The translations under genes and the position numbers were made by a program. 64,000 nt of DNA from Archaeoglobaceae archaeon (GTDB lineage Archaea; Halobacteriota; Archaeoglobi; Archaeoglobales; Archaeoglobaceae): assembly GCA_027036775.1 (NCBI GenBank), contig JALWDS010000044.1:6260-70259 (forward strand), written 5' to 3'. Positions 31,800 to 41,114 of the stretch are shown here, piece by piece. The notes below the pieces were generated by a model. The model worked only from the letters and a program-made list of their open reading frames with translations. It made no database searches and was not told the DNA's origin. Position 1 is the stretch's first letter; each line of letters opens with the position of its first letter.

Positions 31800-32792
31800 C
31801 TAACCTCTCTGAATTTTGGCGTGCATCCCTATTATGGAGTTGCTCAGGTCTATACCTCTTATTTCGCAGTCCTCGTCTATTATGGACCTAAAAACCTTGG
31901 CGTTTCTTATTACGCTCTTCCTAAATATCACGGACTCGCTTATATCCGCATTTTCAACGATGCAGTTCTCACCTACGTAGGCGTATGGCCCAACGATCGA
32001 CCTGCCCCTAACCACTGCACCCCTTTCTATCACAACTGGGGGAATTATCTTGGCGTATCTGTCTATCTCCGCCTTTTCGTCAACGTAGTGTTCGATGTAG
32101 AACCTTAAAGCTTCGAGGTAGGAGTCCGCATTTCCCACATCGTACCACAAACCGCTGAAGGTGTATCCGTAAACGTCCGTTCTTTCGCAGAGCCAAGATA
32201 TGAAGCTACCCAAGTTGTCGCTGTGCATGTTTGAGCTTACGTAATCCTGCAGAAGATCCTTAACGTCCTTAGGTAGGATGTAGAGTGCGATACCCACCAA
32301 ACTCGATCTCGGCTCCTTCGGCTTCTCGTAAAATCTGACTATCCTATCCCCCTCCATCTCGACACTGCTGTACCTCTTAACGAGTTCCAAATCTCCAACG
32401 TCGTATAAACCGACGACGCAACTCCCCTTCTCCCTGTAGTAGTTCACGAAACCGTCGAGTTCGAACGAGAATATGTTGTCACCCGCAACGACGAGCATGT
32501 CGTCTTTCAAAATCTTAGAAACTTCAGCCAAAGCTCTTACAGCACCTAACTTCTCCTCCTCTCTCGTTGTGTTTTCAACAATGAGTTCCACATCCTTGCA
32601 TTCGGCCCACCTCTTGAAATCCTCCTCGAACCTCTTGTTTGTAGAAACGTAAACCTTCCCGAACTTCCTTACCTTTCTGTAAACGTGATCTATTATCGTA
32701 TCTTTGCCCACTGGTAAGAGGGGTTTGGCTTTGGTCATGGTTACGGGCCACAAACGGGTGGCGTATCCACCGGCCATTATTACTACATCCAT
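31800..32792 (-). CDS. Sugar-phosphate nucleotidyltransferase with a C-terminal left-handed beta-helix
   Basis: MDVVIMAGGYATRLWPVTMTKAKPLLPV signature. Hexapeptide-like repeats at the C-terminus. Confidence 0.8.
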   Translation of the reverse strand: MDVVIMAGGYATRLWPVTMTKAKPLLPVGKDTIIDHVYRKVRKFGKVYVSTNKRFEEDFKRWAECKDVELIVENTTREEEKLGAVRALAEVSKILKDDMLVVAGDNIFSFELDGFVNYYREKGSCVVGLYDVGDLELVKRYSSVEMEGDRIVRFYEKPKEPRSSLVGIALYILPKDVKDLLQDYVSSNMHSDNLGSFISWLCERTDVYGYTFSGLWYDVGNADSYLEALRFYIEHYVDEKAEIDRYAKIIPPVVIERGAVVRGRSIVGPYAYVGENCIVENADISESVIFRKSVIRNAKVFRSIIDEDCEIRGIDLSNSIIGMHAKIQRG

Positions 32793-32858
32793 GTCAAGAA
32801 TTGGCCAATCGATAGAAATAGTTTTTGTGACAGATTTATAATAATTACGATTAAATAA

Positions 32859-33572
32859 TTAGCATATGGTGCTATAAAATTTTATCCTAACACCAGTTTC
32901 GTCAATATCCAACTTAAACTTACCCTTCTTATGAGATGTTCTCGTTGTCTTTGTGACTTCTATACAAACATTACCGTTATCTTCCCTTCTTAGACTGATC
33001 GTATTCTCTAAGGCGTGTTGAATTGCTACCTCAAAGAATTGGCTGTGCCCACCTCTTACTGCATTTACTATACCTACTCCTTCGACGTCCCATATCCATC
33101 CGTGAAATCTTTGAATAAAATCGTAGGCTTTCCGTTCTCCTTGTAGAAACGCTATCGATGAAATCGAATCTAATACAAACACATGATGTTCAGACTCTAA
33201 AACGAGTTTTCTAACCGTTGATACGAGATCGTCAAAATCTCTCGGATTGCATAGATACACACCTTTTGAAGATTCTTCTTTTCCTATAAATAAATCTACG
33301 AATTTTATTAATCCTCTTTCTTCGAGGTTTGTGGGATCTATTCCCATACTTCTCATGTTCAGTTTAACATCTAAAGGCGGTCGATCTATACAGAGGTACG
33401 TGCATTTAAAACCTTCATTGGCTTGATGGTAGAGGATGTGCTGACACAAGACACTTTTACCAGTGCCTACATCTCCTATAATCAATAAAACAGATGGGAT
33501 GGGTAAACCTCCGTTTAATATGTTGTCCAATTCTTTAATACCTGTAGATACTCTTGTAAATTTTGGCGTCAC
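32859..33572 (-). CDS. KaiC/RecA-superfamily ATPase (single domain, COG0467-like)
   Basis: GGLPIPSVLLIIGDVGTGKSVL Walker A and HHVFVLDSIS Walker B. Confidence 0.7.
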   Translation of the reverse strand: MTPKFTRVSTGIKELDNILNGGLPIPSVLLIIGDVGTGKSVLCQHILYHQANEGFKCTYLCIDRPPLDVKLNMRSMGIDPTNLEERGLIKFVDLFIGKEESSKGVYLCNPRDFDDLVSTVRKLVLESEHHVFVLDSISSIAFLQGERKAYDFIQRFHGWIWDVEGVGIVNAVRGGHSQFFEVAIQHALENTISLRREDNGNVCIEVTKTTRTSHKKGKFKLDIDETGVRIKFYSTIC

Positions 33573-33587
33573 AAAAAGAATTGCTGG

Positions 33588-33639
33588 TACAGATATATTA
33601 ATGCTTTGGTTTTATTGATACAGATATATTAATGCTTTG
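33588..33639. repeat. Tandem direct repeat, two copies of 21 nt (TACAGATATATTAATGCTTTG) with a 31-nt period
   Basis: Copies at 33588-33608 and 33619-33639 in the divergent promoter region. Each contains a TATA-like ATATATTAAT. Confidence 0.85.
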
Positions 33640-33693
33640 AAAGCTTAAACGACCTAAATATATAAATCCTTTACCCCTAACTCTTCAGTTAGT

Positions 33694-34683
33694 ATGAAGT
33701 GTGCGATATGCGGTGGAGAGGCTTTGATAGAGGGAATGTGCCTCGAATGCTATCTGAAGAGAGATAGACTCTCGTGGGTAGGGGACGTTATAGAAATCGT
33801 GAAATGTCCGAAGTGCGGTAGGTATTTTGTAAATAAGGTTTGGAAGGATCTGGATTTCGATTCAGCTCTGTTCGAGTCCATAGTTTCAAGAATAAGGGTT
33901 CATCCCCAATTCGAAGTTGAAGACGTTGAAGTGGAACAGTTGAATTCTGGTAGATGCGTCTTTAGGCTGATCGGCAACGTCGAGGGACGTGAGGTCGTTG
34001 ATGAGCTGAGCGTCGAGGTTAGAGTGAAGACGAGGACATGTGAGAGGTGCGCAATGATTTCGGGAGGATACTACGAAGCTGTAGTTCAGATCAGAGCTGA
34101 CGATAGAAGGGTGGAGGATTTCGAGCTCGAAAAGGTTAAAGATGTGATTGAGAGAATCTTGGAAAAAGAAAGGGACAACGTGAAGGCTTTCGTCAGCAAA
34201 GTCGTTGAGAGAAGGGAGGGAATCGATTTTTACTTCGGAGATAAGAACGTGGGCAGGAAGGTTTCGAGGGAAATAGCCAAGGTCTTGGGTGGTAAGATAA
34301 TTGAGAGCAGAAAGCTCCACACGAGGAAGGACGGAAGGGACGTATACAGATACACCTTTGCTGTCAGACTACCGTGTTACAGGGTTGGAGACGTTGTTAG
34401 AGAGGGCGAAAGGATATGCGTCGTCGTAGGTGTGGGGAAGGGAGTGGATGTGACAAACTACGCTTCCGTAAACCTCAAGGAGCCTAAGGTTGTAAAGAGG
34501 AGGGAAGATTTGGAGAAGGGAGTTGTTGTAAACTACGACGACTACGTTGTAGAGATTGCGAGCGAGAGGGGTTTGGTTAAGGCTGTCAAATCCTTCGACG
34601 TCGATTTGGGTGAGGAGGTTTACTACTTCGAATACGGTTCCAGATGTTACGTTATCCCTTCAAGGTTTTATGAAGGCGGTTAG
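33694..34683 (+). CDS. NMD3-family protein (archaeal 60S-subunit-binding NMD3 homolog)
   Basis: N-terminal CAICGG...CLEC...CPKCGR Cys clusters and the length fit COG1499. Confidence 0.65.
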   Translation: MKCAICGGEALIEGMCLECYLKRDRLSWVGDVIEIVKCPKCGRYFVNKVWKDLDFDSALFESIVSRIRVHPQFEVEDVEVEQLNSGRCVFRLIGNVEGREVVDELSVEVRVKTRTCERCAMISGGYYEAVVQIRADDRRVEDFELEKVKDVIERILEKERDNVKAFVSKVVERREGIDFYFGDKNVGRKVSREIAKVLGGKIIESRKLHTRKDGRDVYRYTFAVRLPCYRVGDVVREGERICVVVGVGKGVDVTNYASVNLKEPKVVKRREDLEKGVVVNYDDYVVEIASERGLVKAVKSFDVDLGEEVYYFEYGSRCYVIPSRFYEGG

Positions 34684-35671
34684 AGTTCCGAAGTTGAAGG
34701 CTGAAGAGGTCAGGAGGTTTGCGGAAAGGATTGGTGCAAAGGATAAGGATAGATACGTGGTTTGCAGGGGCGATTACGTAGAAATCCCTATATACGACGG
34801 CTTTGAAAAATACTTCGAAGGTTACGAGATAGTGGAGCAAGAGAATCCCGTTTTCGCACCAAAATCAGATCTATTCGAGCTTCTGAAGAATAAAATCCCT
34901 AAAGAGCTTTGGGATTACATTCCGAGGAGATACAAGATCGTCGGAGACGTCATTCTGATCAAAATTCCTAAAGAACTTGAGGAATACAAGAAGTTGATAG
35001 GAGAAACCCTTTTGAGAATTCACAGGAGGTGCAAGTCCGTTTGGAGGGATTTGGGGAAGGAGGGAATGATGAGGAAGCCCAAGGTTGAGCTTATAGCTGG
35101 TGAGGGGAGCGAGACAATTCATAGGGAAAACCGCTGTCTCTTCAAGCTTGACGTTACCAAGGTTATGTTCAGCGTCGGAAATCAGGGGGAGAGGATGAGA
35201 GTAGTTAAGCTCGTAGGTGAGGATGAAATCGTCGTGGATATGTTTGCGGGGATAGGATACTTCACCATACCGATAGCGGTTCACACCAAGGCAAGAAGGA
35301 TATACGCCATCGAGATAAATCCCGACTCATACCACTACCTACTTGAAAACGTTGAGATCAACAACGTTGAGAACGTCATACCAATTTTGGGCGATTCCAT
35401 GCACGTGACACCAGAGGGGGTTGCCGACAGGGTGATAATGGGTCACATAAACTGTCACGAGTTCTTACCAAAGGCCATAAAGGCGTTGAAGGGTGACGGA
35501 TACGTTCACTATCACGAGACAGTTCCTGAGGTTATTTTGGAGAGACCGATTGAGAGGGTTAAAAGGGCTTGCGAACTCCTTGGGAGGGAAGTCAAGATCG
35601 AAGGATTTAGAAAGGTGAAGAACTACTCGCCTGGTGTCGTTCACGTCGTTGTAGATGCCTACATCCACTGA
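34670..35671 (+). CDS. Trm5/Taw2 (Met-10+) family tRNA methyltransferase
   Basis: Start refined to MKAVRVPK (ATG 34670). VVDMFAGIGYFTIPIAV SAM motif and an NxPxS-like region. Confidence 0.75.
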   Translation: MKAVRVPKLKAEEVRRFAERIGAKDKDRYVVCRGDYVEIPIYDGFEKYFEGYEIVEQENPVFAPKSDLFELLKNKIPKELWDYIPRRYKIVGDVILIKIPKELEEYKKLIGETLLRIHRRCKSVWRDLGKEGMMRKPKVELIAGEGSETIHRENRCLFKLDVTKVMFSVGNQGERMRVVKLVGEDEIVVDMFAGIGYFTIPIAVHTKARRIYAIEINPDSYHYLLENVEINNVENVIPILGDSMHVTPEGVADRVIMGHINCHEFLPKAIKALKGDGYVHYHETVPEVILERPIERVKRACELLGREVKIEGFRKVKNYSPGVVHVVVDAYIH

Positions 35672-35704
35672 AACCGATAAATACTTTTGAATCCAAATAT
35701 CAAC

Positions 35705-36328
35705 ATGGATTTTGGAGAATTGGTTGTTGAAAACGCGTCGAAAATAGTCGAATTCCTGAGAATTCTGCCGAAGGTTTTAGAGGAGCAGAAGGATAGAATA
35801 AACGCCTTCGTCGAAATGATAAGAAACGCTAAGGCCATTCACGTTTACGGGGTTGGGAGAAGCGGAGCGGTAGCGTTGTGCTTTGCGATAAGGTTGAAGC
35901 ACTTCGAAAAGGCTCTGGGTTGCAAGGTTTGGTGGGTGGGTGACGAGGTTAGGGAGAAGATCGAGGAGGGTGATTTGCTCGTAGCGTTTTCTGGCTCTGG
36001 AGAAACTGCAGAGGTTTTGATAGTTGCGGAGAGGGCAAAAGACGCCAACGCTAAGGTCGTAGCTATAACGTCCTTCGAGGATTCGAGCTTGGCAAAGATA
36101 GCGGACTTGGTTGTAAAGATTCCCGGGGGTTTGGAGAAGGGGAAGGGTTGGAAGTATCTTGAGGCACAGCTCGTCGAAGGGTTTTACGGCGGAGGAAAGT
36201 TCGAACTCCTCTCATACGTTTTTCAAGAGGTTTTGATAAACGCTATAGGAGAATACTTCAAGATTCCAAAGGATTTGGTTATAAAGGAGCACGAGAGGGA
36301 CTCTATACGTAAAAGACCATCCTCGTAA
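35705..36328 (+). CDS. SIS-domain protein (second phosphohexuloisomerase-like paralog)
   Basis: Start refined to MDFGELV. IHVYGVGRSGAVALCFAIRLKHF and AFSGSGET. Confidence 0.65.
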   Translation: MDFGELVVENASKIVEFLRILPKVLEEQKDRINAFVEMIRNAKAIHVYGVGRSGAVALCFAIRLKHFEKALGCKVWWVGDEVREKIEEGDLLVAFSGSGETAEVLIVAERAKDANAKVVAITSFEDSSLAKIADLVVKIPGGLEKGKGWKYLEAQLVEGFYGGGKFELLSYVFQEVLINAIGEYFKIPKDLVIKEHERDSIRKRPSS

Positions 36329-37091
36329 CGTCCCTCGTTGCCGGAGCCAAACCCAAGACGAGGAGAACGAACTTCACGAAGTTTCTCAGCTGGTAGTTCT
36401 CCTCCCTTTCAATTATCCACAGAATCGCCACGAAAACTGCGAACTTCACAGGTATTAGTATCCAAGCACCGAACTTGTTTACTAAAATTCTTGGAACAAC
36501 GTGGAGTTCCCAGTAACCCAGATAGGTTATCCCGTAAAATGTCGCACTCGCGTCGAGCATGTGGGAGAAGAAGAGAAGAATCCCCATTCCATCAGTTCCA
36601 ATCCTCCTCGAAATCGGATAAAACACGGCGGTAAGGGAGATCGCAAAGGTTAAGGGAATGAAGAGAGCATCTAAGTGCCTCACCCTCAGATTTAGGAGGA
36701 GAAAGGAGAGCGTAAACGTTGCGAGGACCGATCCTAACGTGCAGTGGAAAACCCAATACCTCTCCCCCCTGAGCTTGAGAGAAGTTAAGAGGGAAGCGAA
36801 GGTGACGAGGAATACCAAGACGTAGATGAAGGGGGACATCAGCATGTAAGATAGAGGGGGCTTTACGAATCCCGCATCCTCGAATATTCTGAGAAAGGAT
36901 CCGAAGAGGACGTATGGAACGTTCGATAGAAAGAAGCGTTCGTCGAATCTGATCCTTTTGGATAGAAATCTGTAGAGGTAGTAAACTGCAACTACGAGTA
37001 TGAGAGCCCAAGTTGCGGTGTTTACGGGATTGTAGCCCGTTTTGTAAACTATGGAGTCGATGTAATACTTCTTCACGAACTCCCAGATCAT
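36303..37091 (-). CDS. DUF63-family integral membrane protein
   Basis: Start refined to MIWEFVKKYYIDSIVYKTGYNPVNT. About 7 TM segments. Confidence 0.5.
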   Translation of the reverse strand: MIWEFVKKYYIDSIVYKTGYNPVNTATWALILVVAVYYLYRFLSKRIRFDERFFLSNVPYVLFGSFLRIFEDAGFVKPPLSYMLMSPFIYVLVFLVTFASLLTSLKLRGERYWVFHCTLGSVLATFTLSFLLLNLRVRHLDALFIPLTFAISLTAVFYPISRRIGTDGMGILLFFSHMLDASATFYGITYLGYWELHVVPRILVNKFGAWILIPVKFAVFVAILWIIEREENYQLRNFVKFVLLVLGLAPATRDVTRMVFYV

Positions 37092-37161
37092 CGTCCGCAA
37101 TTTGGTTCGGGATTTAAAGCGTTTTGCAAAACGTTATTTTAAACCTCGACTACGCTTGACG

Positions 37162-39042
37162 ATGATGTGCAAAGTCGTCGATAGGGAAATCCCCAAGTTC
37201 AAGCACAGGTGGTTCGGAACCCTTACCGTTGAATGCGAGGGGGAGAGGTTCGTTCTATATTCCGCTGGAATTTCGAAGTGGATAAAGGTTGGAGAAAAGG
37301 TAGAGTTGATTCCGAAGGCAAAGCCGAAGGAGATAAGGGGAATTAAAACGTTTTTGTTCGAGGATTACGAACTATACAAGTTCTACGAGGGAGAGAAGGT
37401 AAAGGTGTGGCCCTACTGGGTTAAGGAAGTAGAACTACCGAGATACAGCCCCTTCGGCAACGAGATATACAGATACAGAATAAGGGCGAGAGAAGCGGTT
37501 TTCGAATCGGATTTTGAGGCCATTGCGGAGCTCGAACAGTTTCACTATGCATCGGAGAAGGAGAAGGTTGCTATATGGAGATGCGAGAAGTGCGGGGAGA
37601 TAGTTGAGGCCAACACGAAGCCGAAATGTCCGAAGTGCGGAGAAGAGATGACAATTGCGGAGATAAAGGGTTCCACACCTGCATCCCGCTTTCTGATTCT
37701 CGAACTTCTGAACAGAGAGGAATACGAGCCGAAGTTCTTAGCCTACGTCAGGGTTGATCCTCCGATTCCCTTAATGCACCGCAGACTACCAGATGGAAGG
37801 ATTGAGAGGAACGTTAGGGAGAGGGTTTTTCCGAGGGAGTGGTTCTATCCAGTTTACAGCCCAGAACTGCTCATGAGGAAGATGTTTAGGGAGTTGAAAA
37901 AGAGGTTCAGCAAGAGGGTTGCGAGGCACAAGCTTTGGGAGATGGCGAGCATAAAGGCCTTAGATGTTAGCAACACCGCATGCTCGAGAATTGCGAGGGT
38001 TGTAGTCCATCCAGATTACAGGTCCGACGGTATAGGGGTTACGGCGGTAAAACTTGCGGTTGAGTGGATTGAAGAGAGGAGAGTTCCGGAGATGAGAAAG
38101 AGGAAGCATTTGGTTGAAACCATAGCTCAAATGGCGAGGTTCAATCCCTTCTTCGAGAAGGTTGGTTTCAGATACGTGTGGGATACCGCATCTGGAAGAC
38201 CAGTTCTTTACTATCCGTTGAGCGAAGAGGCAAGGAGGTATCTGGAGGAGTTCTTCGAAAGAGACGAGTATGCGAGAATTCACAGAGGTAGGCTCTGCGT
38301 TTCGAGATACGGAAAGGTCGAGGAGTTGAAAGGGCCGATAGTGTTCAGAAACGTTACGAAGATTTTCGAAAACAGACTCGACCTTTCGAACGTTAGCGAA
38401 GAGATAAGGTTTCTTTTGTCGGCATTTGGTGTGAAGTCGAGAGTAATTCAGCGTTGCGTCCTAAGGAACGCATCTTTCGAAATAAAGCCGAAGGAGGTTG
38501 TTGCGGTAATAGGTGCGAGCGGTGCTGGAAAGACGACACTCTTAAGGCTTATTTACGGTGCCATAACCGGTGGTGAAAAGCCCACGTCTGGAGAGATAGA
38601 GGTTGAGAGGTGCAAGGTTTCAGCTTTGATCCCTCAGGAGGTGGAGCCGGAATTCGGTGAAGAAAGCGTAATAGAACACGTATACAAAAAGTGCGGGGAC
38701 ATATACACTGCTGTAGAGATATTGAACAAGTGCGGTCTGTCAGATGCGGTCTTATACAGGGCGAGGTTCAAGGAGCTTTCAACGGGACAGAAGGAGAGAG
38801 CCAAACTTGCATCTCTCTTAGCCGAAAAACCGAGTTTGATACTCATAGACGAGTTTGCATCTCATTTGGATACGTTAACCGCCATGAGGGTAGCCAAAAA
38901 GTTTGGAGAACTCGTGAGAGGTGCTGGGATTACCGCTGTAATAGTTACCCACAGAAGGGAGGTCGTTGAGGCTATGGGCGTGGACAAGATAATTTATGTG
39001 GGATACGGTATAGCGAAAGTCCATGATACTTTTCGTGTGTAG
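37162..39042 (+). CDS. ABC-type ATPase fused to a GNAT-like acetyltransferase domain and a zinc ribbon (COG2401-like)
   Basis: Start refined to the ATG at 37162, with TATA TTATTTTAAA at 37133-37142. Zinc ribbon is CEKCGE...CPKCGE. GNAT motif A-like is VVVHPDYRSDGIGVTAV. Walker A is GASGAGKTT, the signature is LSTGQKERAKL, and Walker B is LILIDEF. Confidence 0.7.
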   Translation: MMCKVVDREIPKFKHRWFGTLTVECEGERFVLYSAGISKWIKVGEKVELIPKAKPKEIRGIKTFLFEDYELYKFYEGEKVKVWPYWVKEVELPRYSPFGNEIYRYRIRAREAVFESDFEAIAELEQFHYASEKEKVAIWRCEKCGEIVEANTKPKCPKCGEEMTIAEIKGSTPASRFLILELLNREEYEPKFLAYVRVDPPIPLMHRRLPDGRIERNVRERVFPREWFYPVYSPELLMRKMFRELKKRFSKRVARHKLWEMASIKALDVSNTACSRIARVVVHPDYRSDGIGVTAVKLAVEWIEERRVPEMRKRKHLVETIAQMARFNPFFEKVGFRYVWDTASGRPVLYYPLSEEARRYLEEFFERDEYARIHRGRLCVSRYGKVEELKGPIVFRNVTKIFENRLDLSNVSEEIRFLLSAFGVKSRVIQRCVLRNASFEIKPKEVVAVIGASGAGKTTLLRLIYGAITGGEKPTSGEIEVERCKVSALIPQEVEPEFGEESVIEHVYKKCGDIYTAVEILNKCGLSDAVLYRARFKELSTGQKERAKLASLLAEKPSLILIDEFASHLDTLTAMRVAKKFGELVRGAGITAVIVTHRREVVEAMGVDKIIYVGYGIAKVHDTFRV

Positions 39043-39403
39043 AGGTAACGCGTCGAGGTCTCAGATGGCCGAAGCGATAGCAAAACATCTGAGCAATTTG
39101 GAATTCGAGAGTGCGGGAATAAAACCAGCCGAAAGGATTTCGAGTAAGGTCAAGGCCGTCTTAAAGGAGATCGGGATTGAGTGGAACGGAAAGCCGAAAC
39201 CATTAACTGAGGAGATGATAGAAAGGGCGGATTTGATAGTTGCGATGTGCGATGGTGATTTCCCCAAGGATAAAACGATATACTGGGATATACCAGACCC
39301 GATGGGTAAGGATTTGGAATTTTACAGAAGGGTGAGGGACGAGATATACAGAAAGATTGAGGAACTTTTAAATATTCTCGATCGAAATCGGAAAAGTCCA
39401 TGA
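39023..39403 (+). CDS. Low-molecular-weight phosphatase family protein (LMW-PTP / ArsC-type)
   Basis: ILFVCRGNASRSQMAEA (CX5RS P-loop). Confidence 0.8.
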   Translation: MILFVCRGNASRSQMAEAIAKHLSNLEFESAGIKPAERISSKVKAVLKEIGIEWNGKPKPLTEEMIERADLIVAMCDGDFPKDKTIYWDIPDPMGKDLEFYRRVRDEIYRKIEELLNILDRNRKSP

Positions 39404-40203
39404 GGATAGCCTACAAGATTGCCTACATCGGAACGAACTTTCACGGCTTTCAGTATCAGCCCAACGTTAGAACCGTCGCTGGTGAACTCTTTAAAGCCTT
39501 CAAGGAATTGGGAATAGATCACAAGAAAGCAAAGTTCAGATGTGCTGGAAGGACAGATGCCGGAGTTCACGCTTTTGGTCAGGTTGTAGCTATAAACGTT
39601 GAGAAACCCATATTTCCGAGGGTTTTCAATGCACACTTGCCAGAGGATATAACGTTCTGGGCGTGGAGTGAGGTTGATGATGACTTCAATCCGAGAAAGG
39701 CGAAGAGCAGAACTTACATGTATGTGATGCCAGCTGAAGGTTACGACATCTCCGCAATGAGAAAGGCATCTAAACTCCTTCTTGGAACTCACGACTTCTC
39801 AAACTTTACCAAGAAGTTTGGAGAACGGAGGAGATGCATTAGAACTATATACAGCGTCGAGCTTAGGTTGGATGACGGCTTCATAGTTTTCGAAATAGTG
39901 GGTAACGCGTTCACTTGGAACATGGTGAGGTGTATAGTTTCCGCTTTGAGCGAAGTGGGGAGCGGTCACAGGAGTGTCGATTGGTTCAGGGACCTGCTTA
40001 ATCCAGAGAAGCATAGGGAGAGAGTTGAGCCAGCTCCAGCTTACGGGCTGATTTTGAAGGACGTGGAATACGAGAACGTCGAATTCGAGGTCGACGAATA
40101 CGCTTGGAAAACGTTGATGCAAAGAATAAAAGAGATTGTCGAGTTTCACGGAACGATATACAAGCTCTTCTCCCAGTTCAAGCCTTTATCTGGTCTGGAT
40201 TGA
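39400..40203 (+). CDS. truA: tRNA pseudouridine(38-40) synthase TruA
   Basis: [13 protein letters not shown] and the catalytic GRTDAGVHA. Confidence 0.9.
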   Translation: MRIAYKIAYIGTNFHGFQYQPNVRTVAGELFKAFKELGIDHKKAKFRCAGRTDAGVHAFGQVVAINVEKPIFPRVFNAHLPEDITFWAWSEVDDDFNPRKAKSRTYMYVMPAEGYDISAMRKASKLLLGTHDFSNFTKKFGERRRCIRTIYSVELRLDDGFIVFEIVGNAFTWNMVRCIVSALSEVGSGHRSVDWFRDLLNPEKHRERVEPAPAYGLILKDVEYENVEFEVDEYAWKTLMQRIKEIVEFHGTIYKLFSQFKPLSGLD

Positions 40204-40483
40204 AACCCTTCTTGATCAGAAGCTCCTTGACCCTTGCGACGTGATTTCCTTGAAGTTCTATGACGCCGTTCTTGACGGTTCCACCGCAGGCCAACTTGGT
40301 TTTCAAAAACTTGGCCAACTCTTCGAGGTTTATCTGACTTCCGTCTATCCCCTCTATTATCGTCACTTCCTTCCCGTATCTCCTCTTGACTACCTTTATC
40401 GTTATCTGCTGTTGCTCCTTCGCCACCTCCTCGCACACGCACAGGTCTTTAGGCAGACCGCAAATCGGACATATATCGCTCAT
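40178..40483 (-). CDS. Translation initiation factor SUI1 (aIF1)
   Basis: [15 protein letters not shown] zinc knuckle plus a SUI1 domain ([20 protein letters not shown]). Confidence 0.9.
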   Translation of the reverse strand: MSDICPICGLPKDLCVCEEVAKEQQQITIKVVKRRYGKEVTIIEGIDGSQINLEELAKFLKTKLACGGTVKNGVIELQGNHVARVKELLIKKGFNPDQIKA

Positions 40484-40561
40484 TCTCCCCCTATCCCTCC
40501 TAAACCTTTTTACATGATTTTAATCCGACAACCATTTTAAATTTTCGGTCGCCTTCCGTTC

Positions 40562-41080
40562 ATGGATATACCTTCGGACGTTTTGAAAGTCTGGGACAAA
40601 TACGGTTTACCAGAAAACGTGAGAAGGCACTGCGTGAAGGTTGCTGAAGTTGCCCTAAAGCTTGCGGATCGCTTCAACGTCGATAAAAATGCTGTAAAGT
40701 TGGGGGCTTTGTTGCACGACGTCGGAAGGGCGATAACGCACGGCTTGGAGCACTTCATTCACACTGGGGAGATACTCAGAAGGGAGGGGTTCGATGAGAG
40801 GATAGTCAGAATTGCGGAGAGGCACTTCGCATGTGGAATTACCAAGGAGGAAGCCAAAAGGCTGGGATTGAATGTTGACAGGGATTACGTGCCAGAAACC
40901 CTTGAGGAGAAGATCGTCTGCATGGCGGACAACTTGGTTGAGGGGGATAGAGAGGTCAGCTTCGAACATTTCATGAGAAAGCTTGAGAGGCTCAAGAGGG
41001 AGAAGCCAGAGACGGCGTGGTTTACCGAAAAAACTATTGAGAGGGCTTTAAGGCTTAAGGAGGAGTTGATGATCGATTGA
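40562..41080 (+). CDS. HD-domain phosphohydrolase
   Basis: H...HDVGRA...D motif series. Confidence 0.75.
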   Translation: MDIPSDVLKVWDKYGLPENVRRHCVKVAEVALKLADRFNVDKNAVKLGALLHDVGRAITHGLEHFIHTGEILRREGFDERIVRIAERHFACGITKEEAKRLGLNVDRDYVPETLEEKIVCMADNLVEGDREVSFEHFMRKLERLKREKPETAWFTEKTIERALRLKEELMID

Positions 41081-41114
41081 GAATTTATTTATTTCCTAAC
41101 TCCAACCCGATTAG

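Noticed and set aside
36338-37011. ORFs 36338-36634 (+) and 36592-37011 (-, alternative frame).
   Set aside because: They overlap the DUF63 membrane protein gene, whose frame gives consistent TM helices. These alternative frames are Arg/Ser/Pro-rich.
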